Source: Octopus vulgaris
Lineage: Eukaryota
Length of the DNA: 64,000 nucleotides
Direction of reading: 5' to 3'
Assembly: GCA_951406725.2 (NCBI GenBank)
Contig: OX597817.1
Coordinates: 88,970,001 to 89,034,000 of the forward strand
The position numbers and the translations under genes are program-made. The notes below the pieces were generated by a model. The model was not told the origin of the DNA. It searched no databases and saw only the letters and a list, made by a program, of their open reading frames with translations. Positions 45,596 through 58,456 of this stretch are shown here, one piece after another. Every line of letters starts with the position of its first letter. Positions within the stretch are counted from its first letter, which is position 1.

Positions 45596-46010
45596 TATTT
45601 CTTTATTGTCCACAAGGGGCTAAACACACAGGGGGACAAAGAAGGACAGACAAACGGATTAAGTCCATTACATCGACCCCAGTGCGTAACTGGTACTTAT
45701 TTAATCGACCCCGAAAGGATGAAAGGCAAAGTTGACCTCGGCGGAATTTGAATTCAGAACGTAGCGGCAGACGAAATACCTATTTCTTTACTACCCACAA
45801 GGGGCTAAACACAGAGGGGACAAACAAGGTCAGACAAACAGATTAAGTCGATTACATCGACACCATTGCGTAACTGGTACTTAATTTATCGACCCCGCAA
45901 GGATGAAAGGCAAAGTCGACCTCGGCGGAATTTGAACTCAGAACGTAGCGGCAGGCGAAATACGGTCATGCATTTCGCCCAGCGTGCTAACGTTTCTGCC
46001 AGCTCGCCGC
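45596..46010 (-). mobile_element. SINE family B with duplicated ~185-bp body and 18-bp target duplication
   Basis: CTTAAACTGTCAAATACC at 45578-45595 and 46011-46028; head GCGGCGAGCTGGCAGAAACGTTAGCACG. Confidence 0.9.
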
Positions 46011-48052
46011 CTTAAACTGTCAAATACCATGCTGTCACAAAATACTAAATTGTTTTAGCCCCTCCCACTTTTTATTAAGTGTTTCTAATTTAGGTATAAG
46101 GCCAGCAATTTATGAGAAGAATTCAGACCCATAAAATTCTCCTTACTGCGAAATAGTGTTGGACAAGTTTAAAAGTTGGAAACAATCTTAATTATATGAA
46201 ACATGTCAATTTATCTGCTTCCTTCACAATCTTCCCGGGCCCCAGCCCACAAGAAGCTTGCTCCTTTTTATGAGAAACACTGATTCCACACTTTATTTTA
46301 GGTCCCTTACACGCTATTTAATAATGCTTCTAAAAGTCTTCGGGAGGGACTCGGAAACAGCTTACTTGTGCAAGTATTGTGGATACATATTGGTATTCAC
46401 ATACCCGATACCAATATGTTTCAGGGATTATCACACACCGTTTCAAGGCCCTTCCCTTGACAACTCTGCGGCGCACCGACCGAGCTAACTGATTTGAGGC
46501 TCCCCTGACTGACTAGTATTCGTTCTTAAATCTATTTCGGAGATCATCATCACCATTCAAATTGTTGAGTTATGCAGGTGATTCGTCATATATGCAAACA
46601 GGGCAATGTCTCACACCTACACATCACCTCTCCAACAAGATTTCATCATACCTTTTCTGCTATTTCTCAACAGTAGTAGGAGCACTGGTGGTATGAAAGG
46701 CATTGAACCGACTTCAATACTCAATTTCACTTTCCAGGGGCACCTTCTCAGCGCATCTCTAAGTGAGATTGGGAACTCTATTCTGCTCCAGTTATATTGT
46801 TTTCTTCTAGTTTATGAGAAACTCATTTATTATTGTTACAATAACCACACATTTATAATCTCTTCCTTGTGAGCCTTACTGACACTTCTGTCACCTTTCA
46901 TCTATTGATCTTTAATCCCTATTCAAGTGTCACCAGTTCATCATTGATCTAATTTCTCTTGGTACTGAGCTCTTTACAACAATCAGGTCCCTTACTCACT
47001 CTGTTGTTATTGCTATTGTTGTTGATGTTTAGTTAAAGTTCTACTCTGATCATGCAAACCCGCGATGGAAGCTGTTTCAGCAAGGATCATACTGACATAT
47101 TTTATCCAAATGAGTACTTCTTTTGTAAAACGGAAGGCGTGATGTGAGGGAAACTTGGCTGTTATTTCTAACACACCATATGATTATGTAGAGGCACATT
47201 GTTGACACAGCAACCTATGGATGATTTAGGTGGAAACCCCAGAGTATCTTGTTCTTAAGCTTATTTATATAGGGAAGTTTGATGTTTCTGCCGTTTTTGC
47301 GTCCTTTATAATTCATACGTTCCTTGTAATTCAGAGAGGCACCTTATGGGATATTAGATGTTCTTTATATCCATTCTGAGCCCATTGCATTTACATTTCA
47401 AATAGATTCAGCGCTGAGTTGCTGAAACAGAATAACGTTATAGCAAATATTCTACTCAACACCAGACATTTGCTTGTAAGTTGCTTGACTGTAACCATTT
47501 GAGCATATCACTTAGTGGCTGACAATATGTGTATCTCTAACCATGAGCAAGAGTAGTGGGGGAGCATCATAGCCTTGTGTTGAGAGGGATTCTTTGAAGT
47601 TTAAATATATGTAACAATGGCAAAATTTGAAGGAAATATTAGCCATTTTTCATACTTTCTAGGGGAAAGCAGATAGGAAATAACAGCCGCTACCCAAGGA
47701 CAATAATCATGTTACACAGTGTTATCAAAAACTCCTCCGTGTCCTCCAGCTCCCAAATGAAGGGCAAGGGTTATCAGTGTAAGACTTTCTACACCGCATA
47801 CTTGCAGTTTTTCGATATTCAACGAAGTCTCCTTTGTCTATAGTCACTATCTGTTGCACATAGTTTTATTTTATTTTATCACCCATAAATAACACACGGT
47901 TGACGGCCATCTCACAACTAATCAATCATTTTTAAAATCTTTTCCTCATTTATCAAACGCTACAGATGGCTTAGATACTATAGTTTCCGTCTATGTGACA
48001 TTGTACTTAAATTAATGTTAACATAATTTATTGTAGGACAACATTATAATCT

Positions 48053-48205
48053 GTTCTACTCTAGGCACAAGGCCCGAAATTCTTGGGTAGGGGGCCAGTC
48101 GATTATATCGACCCCAGTACGCAACTGGTACTTAATTTATCGATACCGAAAGGATAAAAGGCAAAGTCGACCTCGGTGGAATTTGAATTCAGAACGTAAA
48201 GACAC
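48053..48205 (-). mobile_element. SINE family B, 5'-truncated
   Basis: Same core as 45596-46010. Confidence 0.8.
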
Positions 48206-48381
48206 ACGAGGGACGATATTATGATATAACAGTCATATTATTAACGTATTTCAATGTAGGACTATATATAGCATTGCCGTTAAACTAGTGTTAACACATT
48301 TTATTACAGGGATCTTAAAAACAACAAGTAACCTGAAATAATTATACGGTAAGGTAAAAATAACAACATTAGTCAGACATA

Positions 48382-49178
48382 AGGCTGCGAGCTGGCAGAA
48401 TCGTCAGCACGCCGGGCAAAATGTTTAGCGGCATTTCATTCAGTCTTCACGGTCTGAGTTTAAATTCCGCCGAAGTTGACTTTGCCCTTCATCGTTTCGG
48501 GATCAATAAAATAAGTACCAGTTGAGCACTGGGTTCGATGTAATTGATTTGTCCCCTTCCCTGAAACTGCTGGCCTTGTGTTAAAAATTGAAATCGATAT
48601 TAATCAAGGTGGCGAGCTGGTAGAAACGTTAGCACGCCGGCGAAATGCTTAGCGGTATTTCGTCTGCGGTTAGGTTCTGAGTTCAAATTCCGCCGAGGTC
48701 GACTTCGCCTTTCATGCTTTCGGGGTCGATTAAATAAGTACTAGTTACGCACTGGGGTCGATATAATCGACTTAATCCGTTTGTCTGTCCTTGTTTGTCC
48801 TCTCTGTGTTTAGCCCCTTGTGGGTAGTAAAGAAATATGTATTTCGTCTGCCGCTACGTTCTGAGTTCAAATTCCGCCGAGGTCGACTTTGCCTTTCATC
48901 CTTTCGGGGTCGATTAAATAAGTACCAGTTACGCACTGGGATTGATATAATCGACTTAATCTGTTTGTCTGTCCTTCTTTGTCCTCTCTGTGTTTAGCCT
49001 CTTCTGGGTAGTAAAGAAATATTTCGCCCGTCGCTACGTTCTGAGTTCAAATTCCGCTGAGGTCGACTTTGTCTTTCATCCTTTCGATAAATTAAGTACC
49101 AGTTATGCACTAGAGTCGATGTAATCGACTAGCTCAATTCCCTCAAATTTTAGTGCCCTTGTGCCTATAGTAGAAAGG

Positions 49179-49180
<2 letters not shown>
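48382..49180 (+). mobile_element. Two adjacent family B SINEs; the second (48608-49180) has three tandem body units
   Basis: Units restart at TATTTCG near 48656, 48840 and 49020. Confidence 0.88.
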
Positions 49181-49229
<49 letters not shown>

Positions 49230-49241
<12 letters not shown>

Positions 49242-49650
49242 GTCTTACTTTTCAGAGCCTTCTTTGATCTGGTTGATTCTGTGAGATCGGACAGCAGCCT
49301 TTTGTCAGAGTTCTCAGAGGGTCTCTTTCTGGACATTATAAGCTTTGACACTTGGTTGTTTATTGTCATAGAAGACATTCAACATCCAAGTAACAATCTG
49401 AAATCTTAGCTGTCCTAGTAGAGCAGTCTTTTAGGCTTGCTCTGCTGTCAATTCCGATTTCTCTGACATGTTTCTCGAACTTGGTTGTTAGTGTTCCGAA
49501 TGCCCCTACAACTACTAGGATGACAGACACTCTCTTCATAGTCCACATTCTTGCAATTGCGTCTTTTAGTAGTCTGTACTTTTTAATCTTTTCTAGTTCT
49601 TTGTCACTTATGCGTGCATCCCTAGGTATTTCGATAGCTATAATATTGGT
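49230..49650 (-). mobile_element. R4/Dong-like 3' fragment
   Basis: IAIEIPRDARISDKELEKIKKYRL..IARMW..VVVGAFG. Confidence 0.7.
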
Positions 49651-49661
49651 TTATAGATAAA

Positions 49662-49846
49662 GCCGGGGAGTTTGTAGAATCGTTAGCGCGCCAGATGAAA
49701 TGCTTAGCGTTATTTCGCCCGTCACTACCTACTGAGTTCAAATTCCTCCGAGGTCGACTTTACCCTTCATCCTTTCGGGGTCGATAAAATAAGTACCAGT
49801 TGAACATTGGGGTCGATGTAATCGACTCGTTCTCTCCTCCAAAATT
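49662..49846 (+). mobile_element. SINE family B
   Basis: Head plus GAGGTCGACTTTACCCTTCATCCTTTCGGGGTCGATAAAATAAGTACCAG core. Confidence 0.85.
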
Positions 49847-49849
49847 AAA

Positions 49850-52211
49850 GTTAAGGTCGATCTTCAGGGACCCGGACGGGAAGTTAGTGATCCTGGACGT
49901 GAGCAATAGTGGAGATAGTGTCTTTAGACTGGTGGCTGTCTACACCCCTACTGGAGCCAAACACCGGATTTCTTTAGGCGTCTGGAAGCCTTTCTAGGGA
50001 TTGTGTTGGAATAGCTGATAGAAGAGTGGGGTGCAAAAGCCTCAAGCACTTGGTCAGCCAGTTACAACTGTCTAACAAGTACCGACGAGATTGCCCTAAT
50101 GCGCCAGTGTGGACCTGAACCAATCGCTTAAGGTCATCTAGATCGTATATAGATAGGATTTTTATTAGGAAAATAGATAGTAATAGTGTAGGATGTCCAC
50201 TTTTTAAAACGGTCACCTATTCAGATCATAAGTTTGTAATCTGTACGATCGACCTAGATAAGACGCGTAGGTTAGGACCCGGGTACTGGATGCTGAACAT
50301 GTCATTTCCGTCACGTAAGGCTTACAGGGATCGGGTCGACAATTTAGTTTAGCAGAAGTTGACAGGCGGGCTCGTCAACAACAGGTGGTGGGGGGCTCTC
50401 AAAAGAGAGATTAGAGTAATACCGATAGGGTGTAACAAAGAAGTAGTGTTAAAAAATAGAAAGGAGGAGGGGCTAGTAGCTAAACTAGATGAGGCTATTT
50501 GCAGTGGCATTGCAACCGACGTGCGAGAATGGCATTAGACCGGTTCTTCAATGCGAAACATGACGGTTGCATTGCCAAAGCTAATGCGCGTGCTCTAAAA
50601 AATGAGGGGATCAAAGCTGTTCGATGGGCCCGCGTGGCAGAGGTGCAACGTGGTAACAGAACCAGAATTTGGTCTTTGACAAACCAAGATGGATACGAAC
50701 TGAATGATTCAGGCAGATGTGTGCGGCCTTTCGCCAGTACCTTGCTCGGTTGTCCGGGGAGAGTGGTGGGGAAGATATGGTGACGGACTTCAGTCTCTAC
50801 CTCGACGTCTTTCCGCGTCTCTCGATGGCTTGCTGCGTCTCTCAACGGCCGACGCTGAGCGCTGAGCGCTGTGAAAGGCAGATAACTTCAGCTGAAATTC
50901 ATGATGTCCTTGTTGGCTGCACGAAGCGCAACTCACCGGGTTTAGATGGTCTGCTCTGTGAACTTTGCGCAAGTATGCCCGACTTGATCTCCGATCTCCT
51001 CGAAGCCCTCTACTGCAACTGGCAGCAGTTCTGTGAGTCGGAGCGAAGTGACACTGATAAGGAAAGACGAAAGCAACAGGGACACATTAGATAACTTCAT
51101 GCCCATGACTCTGCTTAACACAGATTTTAAGATTTTGGCCAAGTGTTAGCGAAGAGGTTGGCGCTTGTCGTCGAGGATTTGGTTGGGGGAGGCGCAAACC
51201 TGCGCAATACCGACCAGTTCCATACACGACAATCTCCACCTCATGCGATACATCATAGAAAGGGTATGGTGTAAACCTGACTTTGGTGGTGCGCTGATCA
51301 ATTTAGATCAATCGAAGGTATTCGATAGGTCGACCATCAATATCAGAGCGGCTGGCTTCGGCCCCGTCTTCAGAGGCTGGATTGCTGCAATGCACTGCGG
51401 CATCTGCTCAGTGGTCAAAGTTAATGGCCACCTCTTGGAACCGTTTCAGATCTCCCGATAGGTCCGTCGGGGGTGCCCTCTATCCTCTCTTCTGTATGTG
51501 TTGACTCTGTATCCTCTATTGCAAAAGATGGAGTTGCTGCAGGGGATCCCGCTCGAACTGGGACACGGAAGAGCTGTGTCGGCTTATGCGAACGACATCC
51601 CGTACGTCATCTACTACCGCTTGACCGTCGTGTGTTGCCCCCGTTCGCGCCTCACCAAGCTGGAGCGCCGCCTCTTCAAATTCTTGTGGAGTGGACAGGT
51701 TCCATTGGTGAGGCAGTCCATCTGCTTGGCAGTGCTACAGGGGAACACTCGGTTTAAGATAAACTCTACAGGCACGGAAGTGCTGTCAGGAGAACCTGCT
51801 AGGGATGCACGCAGAGACGAAACCGTTCTGCATGCGCACATCCAGTATCTTTGCATTACTGACTTGTGGAGTTATGTGGAACAGCTGTTATCACGCGTAG
51901 GACGGATCCGGTTATCGGTCGAATCCACAGTAAAGATCGGTTCGCCGCCTTCTATCTGTTCAGAAAGGCAGGCAATTTTCCTCTGTCTGATAGCAGTAGT
52001 GAAAGAGGTTGTATCATGGACCAGGTTGAAAGGACTGAAGACAGACAATTTTCTTCTCGGACAATCCTTCATCAACTTTTTCAAATCTCACTTAGAAAGG
52101 AATATGAGGGTGGAGAGAGAAGTGTTGCCTCCCAGTACATTTGCTAAAAGATGGGTGAATGTTACGAAAATGGCCCGTGTGAGTGGACCTACTCTAAAAA
52201 TGCACCTGTAG
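49850..52211 (+). mobile_element. Tx1-like LINE ORF2 (APE C-half, RT, C-terminus) with internal deletions
   Basis: RDPDGKLVILDV..FRLVAVY; SDHK; SPGLDGL; QTCAIP..IHDNLHLMR..GALINLDQSK.FDR; GCPLS; SAYANDI; C-terminus homologous to ORF 12-1178. Confidence 0.88.
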
Positions 52212-52214
52212 GCT

Positions 52215-54340
52215 AGTGAATTTGCTTCCAGGGCGACCCCAGGAATCGAACATTTAAAAATCCTACTCTTAGTATGGCCATGTTGGCAAGCTAAAGAGAG
52301 AAGGGAAAAGTTTACTTACCTCCCGGTGTCTTGTGAAGGTCGGGTGGTTCGACTCCCATAATTGGTGGAGTCTTTTTTGAGGAATCCCTTTAAGAGCCTC
52401 GATTTGAGTCTCACGTCCGGAGTCCCCGCGTCCTCCGGAAAGCTCTCTCGAATTTTTTTTTGGAATCGAGCGTCATTCGCACCAGAAGTAAATCTTCTGG
52501 TACGCGAAATGTGTTCGATTCAAATATCATCTATCCCCCGTTTCAAATTCCGTGTTTTATGTTACGAGAGCCATCAGTTCCCCGTTGTCCCTTCTGATGA
52601 GTACGAAGTTGGGTGTTTTGTGTTGGTGTTGTTTAATTTGTTTGCTTGACTGTATTGACTGTGATGGTCCCGTTGTTGTTGTTTCTGTTGTATCTGTGTG
52701 TGCTGTGGGTGTGGTGTCTGCAGTTTTAGATGTTTGCGCGAGTGTCTGTTCCTGTTTAGGTTTGCGTTTGGGGGATTCTGGTGATAGTGATGGTGTTGGC
52801 TGTGTTGGTGTTTTGGGGGAGATGTTTGTGTTGGTGGTATCTGTATTTTTTTTATTGTGAGTGTTGTTATGCTATGTGGAATTTATTTTTGTGCTTTCTT
52901 TTTTTGTTTGTTCTTGGGACCTTTTGGTTTTCCTTCATCTTCACTACTGGAAGACGAAGGGTCTGTTGCTGTGTGTCTGTGTCTGTGTGTATTTTTATTT
53001 GGTGTGAGTGGGGTGAGCTTTCCTTGTTTTCCGCTAGGGTGGATATGTCTTCGGTGTTGTTGCTGATGGTTTTGCCGGTGCTGGTGTTGTTTGTGGTTCT
53101 CGTCCTGGCGTAGGCAGTAGTGGAGGCCTTTGACCCCTTGCACTTTGTACCAGTTGGGGGCAGCGAGCTCACAAATGAGTCGTTTCTCCACACCTGAAAC
53201 AATGAGGCTTTTTGCCCTCAGCCATGATAAGTATTTCCGTCCCGTTCTGGAGACAGGTGTGGTTCGGGATTTAAAAAATTATTTTTTGGTCTGATGAGGA
53301 GAAGTATCTCTAGGTCAACCCCGGACTAGTCTTCCCTGGCAGTTCTTGTCGCCTCTGTCGGGACAGTATCCCTCACCTCTACGATTATGCATCCTAGTAG
53401 CCACCAAATAGCTAGTCCTGGTAGGTTTCTAGGAATGCGAACACGAGCTGTACGTTTCTCCATGCAGGTGGGTTATATGATGACTTTGCTGGTTTTTTTA
53501 ATGTTTCATAGCTAGGGCTTCTGACTTAAACAGCACCGAATGGTGCCGTATTGCTTGCCCCTCGCTATGCATTCGTTGTCATTTCTGATGCACCTCAGCG
53601 CCGCCTCAATATCTACTTGGGCTATTAAGGCCGTTCTTTTCGTGACTGCTGAGATGCATCTGAAAAGCACCGTGTCTGCTTCAACTGCCTCTGATGGGAT
53701 AGTCAGGTTGGCCCAGGTATTCTCTTGTTCTATTAGTTTCCATGCCTGTGGTAGCATCTGCTCCCTATTTGTGAAATCTACGGTAAAGCGTTGTTTTTTC
53801 TTCGCTGTTACTGCAAGCGTGTTTTTGTTAGTTATTGGTATTATTCTCGTTGTTAGTTTTGTTGTTGTTACTGTTGCTGCTGCTGCTGCTGCCGTTGTTG
53901 TTGTCGTTATTCTTATCGATGTTGTTATTATTGGTTTTGTTGTTGCTGTTGTCACTTTTGCTTTCGTTGTTGTTGTTACTATTGCTACTGTCGCTGCCGT
54001 TGCTGTCTTTTTCGTGGTTGTTTTTGCTATCACTACTACTACTGCTGCGGCTGTTGCTGTTGCCATTTCTAGCGCTGTTAGTGTTCCTGCTATTATTGTT
54101 GTTACTGTTTGTTGGACTTTGTACCATGACAGTCTTGTTTTTCTCCTCCTCCTGTAACAGAGGAAAGGGGAGGGAAATCTTCATCCATTACCATATTGGT
54201 AGGAGCTTTTGTTTTGTTTTTTCTCAACTCTTTCAAGACGCGCTCCACCATCTTATTGAGTTGTATTCGATTCAATTAAATTTAATGCTCCCCAAAATTA
54301 TTTGGTAGGTCGAAAATCACCCCTCTGGGGGCTACAAAAA
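52215..54340 (-). mobile_element. Tx1-like LINE 5' part: ORF1 (low-complexity N-terminus, CCHC knuckle) and first codons of ORF2
   Basis: CFRCGETTHL*ARCP at 53157-53201; ATG at 52281 gives MAILRVGFLNVRFLG, like an APE N-terminal NVRxL motif. Confidence 0.7.
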
Positions 54341-54409
54341 ACAACAAAACAAAAAAAAAAACAGTAACGGGTTCCTTGTGTTTCTATTCACAACTGTGTT
54401 CCGCAGCAA

Positions 54410-54466
<57 letters not shown>

Positions 54467-54525
54467 TTATTATTATTATTATTATTATTAATGTTAGTAA
54501 TAGTAGAAGTAGTAATAGTAGTAGT

Positions 54526-54557
<32 letters not shown>

Positions 54558-55151
54558 CAGCAGCAGCAGCAAGAACAACATCACTACGACACTGACATGC
54601 ACACAAATTTTTCAGTAAAGCCCCAGCAATTCATGTCAGATAATTTAGATGAGTTTTCGCCAGAAAGGAACTGAGTGGCCACATGCACACCAGTAACGCT
54701 ATCTGAATGAATGACGTATATCTCAATTATTCAGATTCACTCGCTATTCCTTGACCCACCCCTTTCAAATTCTAATCGATACTAATTGCGGAGTTGTCTT
54801 ACCTGATTTTAAATAGATATGAATTTTCGCGTTGACAAGCATTATCATTAACACTAATGATTATTGTTATTATTTTTTTTATGTTACTGAGTTGACTTGA
54901 GCGATGTCAACGACAACGATGACTACAGCAGCAGTAGCAACAACAACTACACCAACAACAACAACACGTGTGTCTGTGTAGACGCATATCTCTGTCTTGG
55001 CTTATCTGTTTGAAACATTGTTAATGTATTCTGTTCACATAATTGATTAAAATGGCTCGCGACATTAAAGATGTTAGTCTGCGCTTAGCTATACATTCTT
55101 TAAGCAGAAGGCATTCATGGAAGATTTTCCGACGGACACATATGTAGACCA

Positions 55152-55250
<99 letters not shown>

Positions 55251-55329
55251 AGTCTGTCTGTGTATGTGTGTCTGTGAGTGAGTGAAAGAGAGAGACTGAG
55301 TGAGTAAGGGTGCATGTGTGTGCGAAGGT

Positions 55330-55454
55330 GCGAAGGTGCGCAGCTCAGTGATTAGGATATTCGTCTCATGAGCATAAGGTCGTCGAGACCAGGCGGTGCG
55401 TTGCGCCTTTGAGTTAAGTACTCCAATCAGCTCAGTCGTAATGAGTAAAAGCTG
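55330..55454 (+). mobile_element. SINE family C head, degenerate
   Basis: GAAGGTGCGCAGCTCAGTGATTAGGATATTCGTCTCATGA. Confidence 0.55.
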
Positions 55455-55978
55455 GTGATGGTGTCGGCTCTTCTAGTGACGTCTATAGTCGCCTGGGGCT
55501 AAATGCATCAGTAACACCCCCACCACCCCGCCCTGTCCCTAGCCACATTCAGATGGCTGATCCCGCTTATATTAAAGAGCAGTTACTGTTTATACCTCGC
55601 TCAGAGATTTATTATTGTTTTCGAACAGATTTTCGACGCCAGTGCCTGTGGTTACTGTGAAAATCTATATATATCTGGCCTGTACAGGAAGTCCCTCAAC
55701 GAAGAACGGTGCTTGCCATGCGCTGACGAGAGGCGATTACCTCGAAACCGGTCCGTGTGTAGCATCCGTATCTTCGGGGAGGCTGATCTCCCTTTGCAGG
55801 CCAGCAAGGACACCGTGATGGTGTCGGCTCTTCTAGTGACGTCTATAGTCGCCTGGGGCTAAATGCATCAGTAACACCCCCACCACCCCGCCCTGTCCCT
55901 AGCCACATTCAGATGGCTGATCCCGCTTATATTAAAGGGCAGTTACTGTTTATACCTCGCTCAGAGATTTATTATTGT
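55455..55978 (+). mobile_element. Retrozyme-like element: 360-bp monomer plus 164-bp terminal redundancy
   Basis: 55455-55618 is repeated at 55815-55978 with one mismatch seen; hammerhead in the unique part; 3' end runs into TA-rich DNA. Confidence 0.85.
55709..55765 (+). ncRNA. Canonical type I hammerhead ribozyme
   Basis: GTGCT-TGC-CATGCG-CTGACGA-GAGG CGATTA CCTC-GAAAC-CG-GTC-CGTGTG-T-AGCAT; predicted cleavage after 55753. Confidence 0.9.
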
Positions 55979-56088
55979 ATATTTATAAAGCTGTATATAT
56001 AAAGATGTATATATATATTTATAAAGATATATATATATATATATATAAGAAAAAAGGTTTGAAAATGCAATTTAAACGATGTTTATTT

Positions 56089-56129
56089 ACTTAACCGGTT
56101 TCACTCTTTGGTAAAAGATTGTCAAAAGT
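56089..56129 (-). ncRNA. Degenerate hammerhead motif
   Basis: Reverse complement of 56841-56881. Confidence 0.5.
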
Positions 56130-56840
56130 TACATTTAAGGAAACATTGAATAATATGGGTTCAAAAAAGTTTTTTACATAATTGTCACATTGAATATTAT
56201 GCATTCAAAAAGTTTTTTACATAATTGTCACATTGGATATTATGAATTCAAAAATGTTTTTTTATACATAATTGTCACATTACATGTATAAATATAGTGT
56301 TTGGTAACAGAGAAGTTCAATAGTGTGATGAGAGTATTTGGGAAAATTTGGCAGAAAAGGATAAAACAAATATATTATTGGGAATTGGTTGCGTTAATTA
56401 TTGGTTGTCGCAAATTGTCACATTACATGTATATATATACAATCTTTGGTACATATATACAGCCTTTTGACAGCAAAAGTTAAAATGGATTTTAAGTCAA
56501 AAGGCTGTATATATATACCAAAGATTGTATATATATATACATGTAATGTGACAATTTGCGACAACCAATAATTAACGCAACCAATTCCCAATAATATATT
56601 TGTTTTATCCTTTTCTGCCAAATTTTCCCAAATACTCTCATCACACTATTGAACTTCTCTGTTACCAAACACTATATTTATACATGTAATGTGACAATTA
56701 TGTATAAAAAAACATTTTTGAATTCATAATATCCAATGTGACAATTATGTAAAAAACTTTTTTGAATGCATAATATTCAATGTGACAATTATGTAAAAAA
56801 CTTTTTTGAACCCATATTATTCAATGTTTCCTTAAATGTA

Positions 56841-56881
56841 ACTTTTGACAATCTTTTACCAAAGAGTGAAACCGGTTAAGT
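56841..56881 (+). ncRNA. Degenerate or variant hammerhead motif
   Basis: ACTT-TTGACAA-T CTTTT ACC AAAGAG T-GAAAC-CG-GTT-AAGT; core has C3U and G8A relative to CUGANGA. Confidence 0.55.
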
Positions 56882-56957
56882 AAATAAACATCGTTTAAAT
56901 TGCATTTTCAAACCTTTTTTCTTATATAATCCCACTCGTGCGATACCCCACAACTCA

Positions 56958-57015
<58 letters not shown>

Positions 57016-57019
<4 letters not shown>

Positions 57020-57292
57020 CGTGACCGATCAGGCCATCAGATGTTGTTACACATCGCTGGTCACAATGCGCCTCGCATTGTTTTAGCCTTCAAATGACGC
57101 CACCCCGCTGGCTAAGCGAGCAGGCCAGAAGAAGAAAGAGTGAGAGAAAGTTGTGGCGAAAGAGTACAGCAGGGATCGCCTCGTGGAGTTTTAGGTGTTT
57201 TCGCTCAATAAACAACGTCCTGTCTGGGAATCGAAACCGCGATCCTACGACCGCGAGTCTGCTGCCCTAACCACTAGGTCATTGCGCCTCCA
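57016..57292 (-). mobile_element. tRNA-derived SINE family C inside (TA)n
   Basis: Minus head GGAGGCGCAATGACCTAGTGGTTAGGGCAGCAGACTCGCGGTCGTAGGATCGCGGTTTCGATTCCC. Confidence 0.85.
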
Positions 57293-57297
57293 CAATA

Positions 57298-57443
<146 letters not shown>

Positions 57444-57987
57444 TATAGATAGCTATGGATATATGTGAGTGTGTATTTATCCTCACATACACACATATAG
57501 TTATAAATAGACGATTACAGCATACCTCATTAGCAAGACTGCTGCTAAATGCAGACAAGAATTAAATGCTGTAAAATAAGTATTCGACCTTGCTATTAGC
57601 CCTTTCTTTGTTTTGACATTTCCATCATTCTATAAACGGAGGGGCCGCAACTAAGGCATCCACTCCTTCCTTTTCTCTTTTCAAAAATTTCCCACGCCAA
57701 ATACACGATCCACTTGGTGTTTAGTTTCTCACAGAACAATAAAGTATTCAGAAAGACAAACAAATTAATAATACAGAAAAAAAAGGTAGACAATTCTTCA
57801 GTTATATTATATGGGAAACTCTTAATTGTTGACTTTTGTATAAAACAAAAAAACAACATAACAACAATAGTTACGGTCCTTTACGTTCTGAGTTCAAGTC
57901 TTGCCGAAATCAACCTCGCAACGTATCTTTCTTAGCTCGATTAAATAATGTAGAAGTTCTTAGTTCAATTTACATATGTTGACGTAG

Positions 57988-58456
57988 ACACAGTTTTGTG
58001 GTTAATAAGCTCACTACGCAACCACATGGTTCGGGGTTCGATACCATTGCGTGCTACCTCGGTCAGTTATCGTTCCTCAGTTCTCTTGTGACGGGAAGAC
58101 ACGGAATGTGAAAGACTGCTATCTTTCCCGCCTTCCCTCCTTCCTCTTCTCCCCTTCTCTCTCTCTCCCTATATATATATATATGACGGTATTGACCAGG
58201 CTATCGGGTGTTGTTATACATCGCTGGTCACAATGCACTTCGCATCATTTTAGCTTTTGCCACCCTGTTAGCCAACATTCCTCCTAATCGGAAGGTTATT
58301 CCGTTGCAGGATTAACCATATACAGCTGAGTGGATTGGAGCAACGTGAAATGAAGTGGTTTGTGCAAGAAAACAACGCGCCACCCGGTAGCGGAATCGAA
58401 CCCACGATCTGGCGATAATGTGTGCATGACCCTAACCACTAGACCACACACCTTCA
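57988..58456. mobile_element. Degenerate SINE A (+, 57988-58110) and SINE C (-, 58185-58456)
   Basis: CAACCACATGGTTCGGGGTTCG; CCCTAACCACTAGACCACACACCTTCA and CATCGCTGGTCACAATGC shared with 57016-57292. Confidence 0.7.

Larger units (their letters stand above)
56042..56961. mobile_element. Foldback with ~430-bp arms (56042-56471 / 56496-56928), 24-nt spacer, inside (TA)n
   Basis: Arms are near-perfect reverse complements; internal ~41-bp subrepeats (ACATAATTGTCACATT); the right arm extends to ~56961. Confidence 0.88.

Noticed and set aside
52310-52322. Perfect minus-strand splice donor GAG|GTAAGT (also CAG|GTAAG near 54800)
   Set aside because: Isolated motifs. The first lies at the LINE ORF1 end, and neither has a definable exon.
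56160-56425. Repeated ATAATTGTCACATT units resembling a CRISPR array
   Set aside because: The intervening sequences are themselves similar (tandem subrepeats), the context is eukaryotic and there are no cas genes.
57215-57292. tRNA-like sequences (also near 7880, 12269, 44180, 60716)
   Set aside because: SINE heads: followed by SINE bodies, with no complete cloverleaf.
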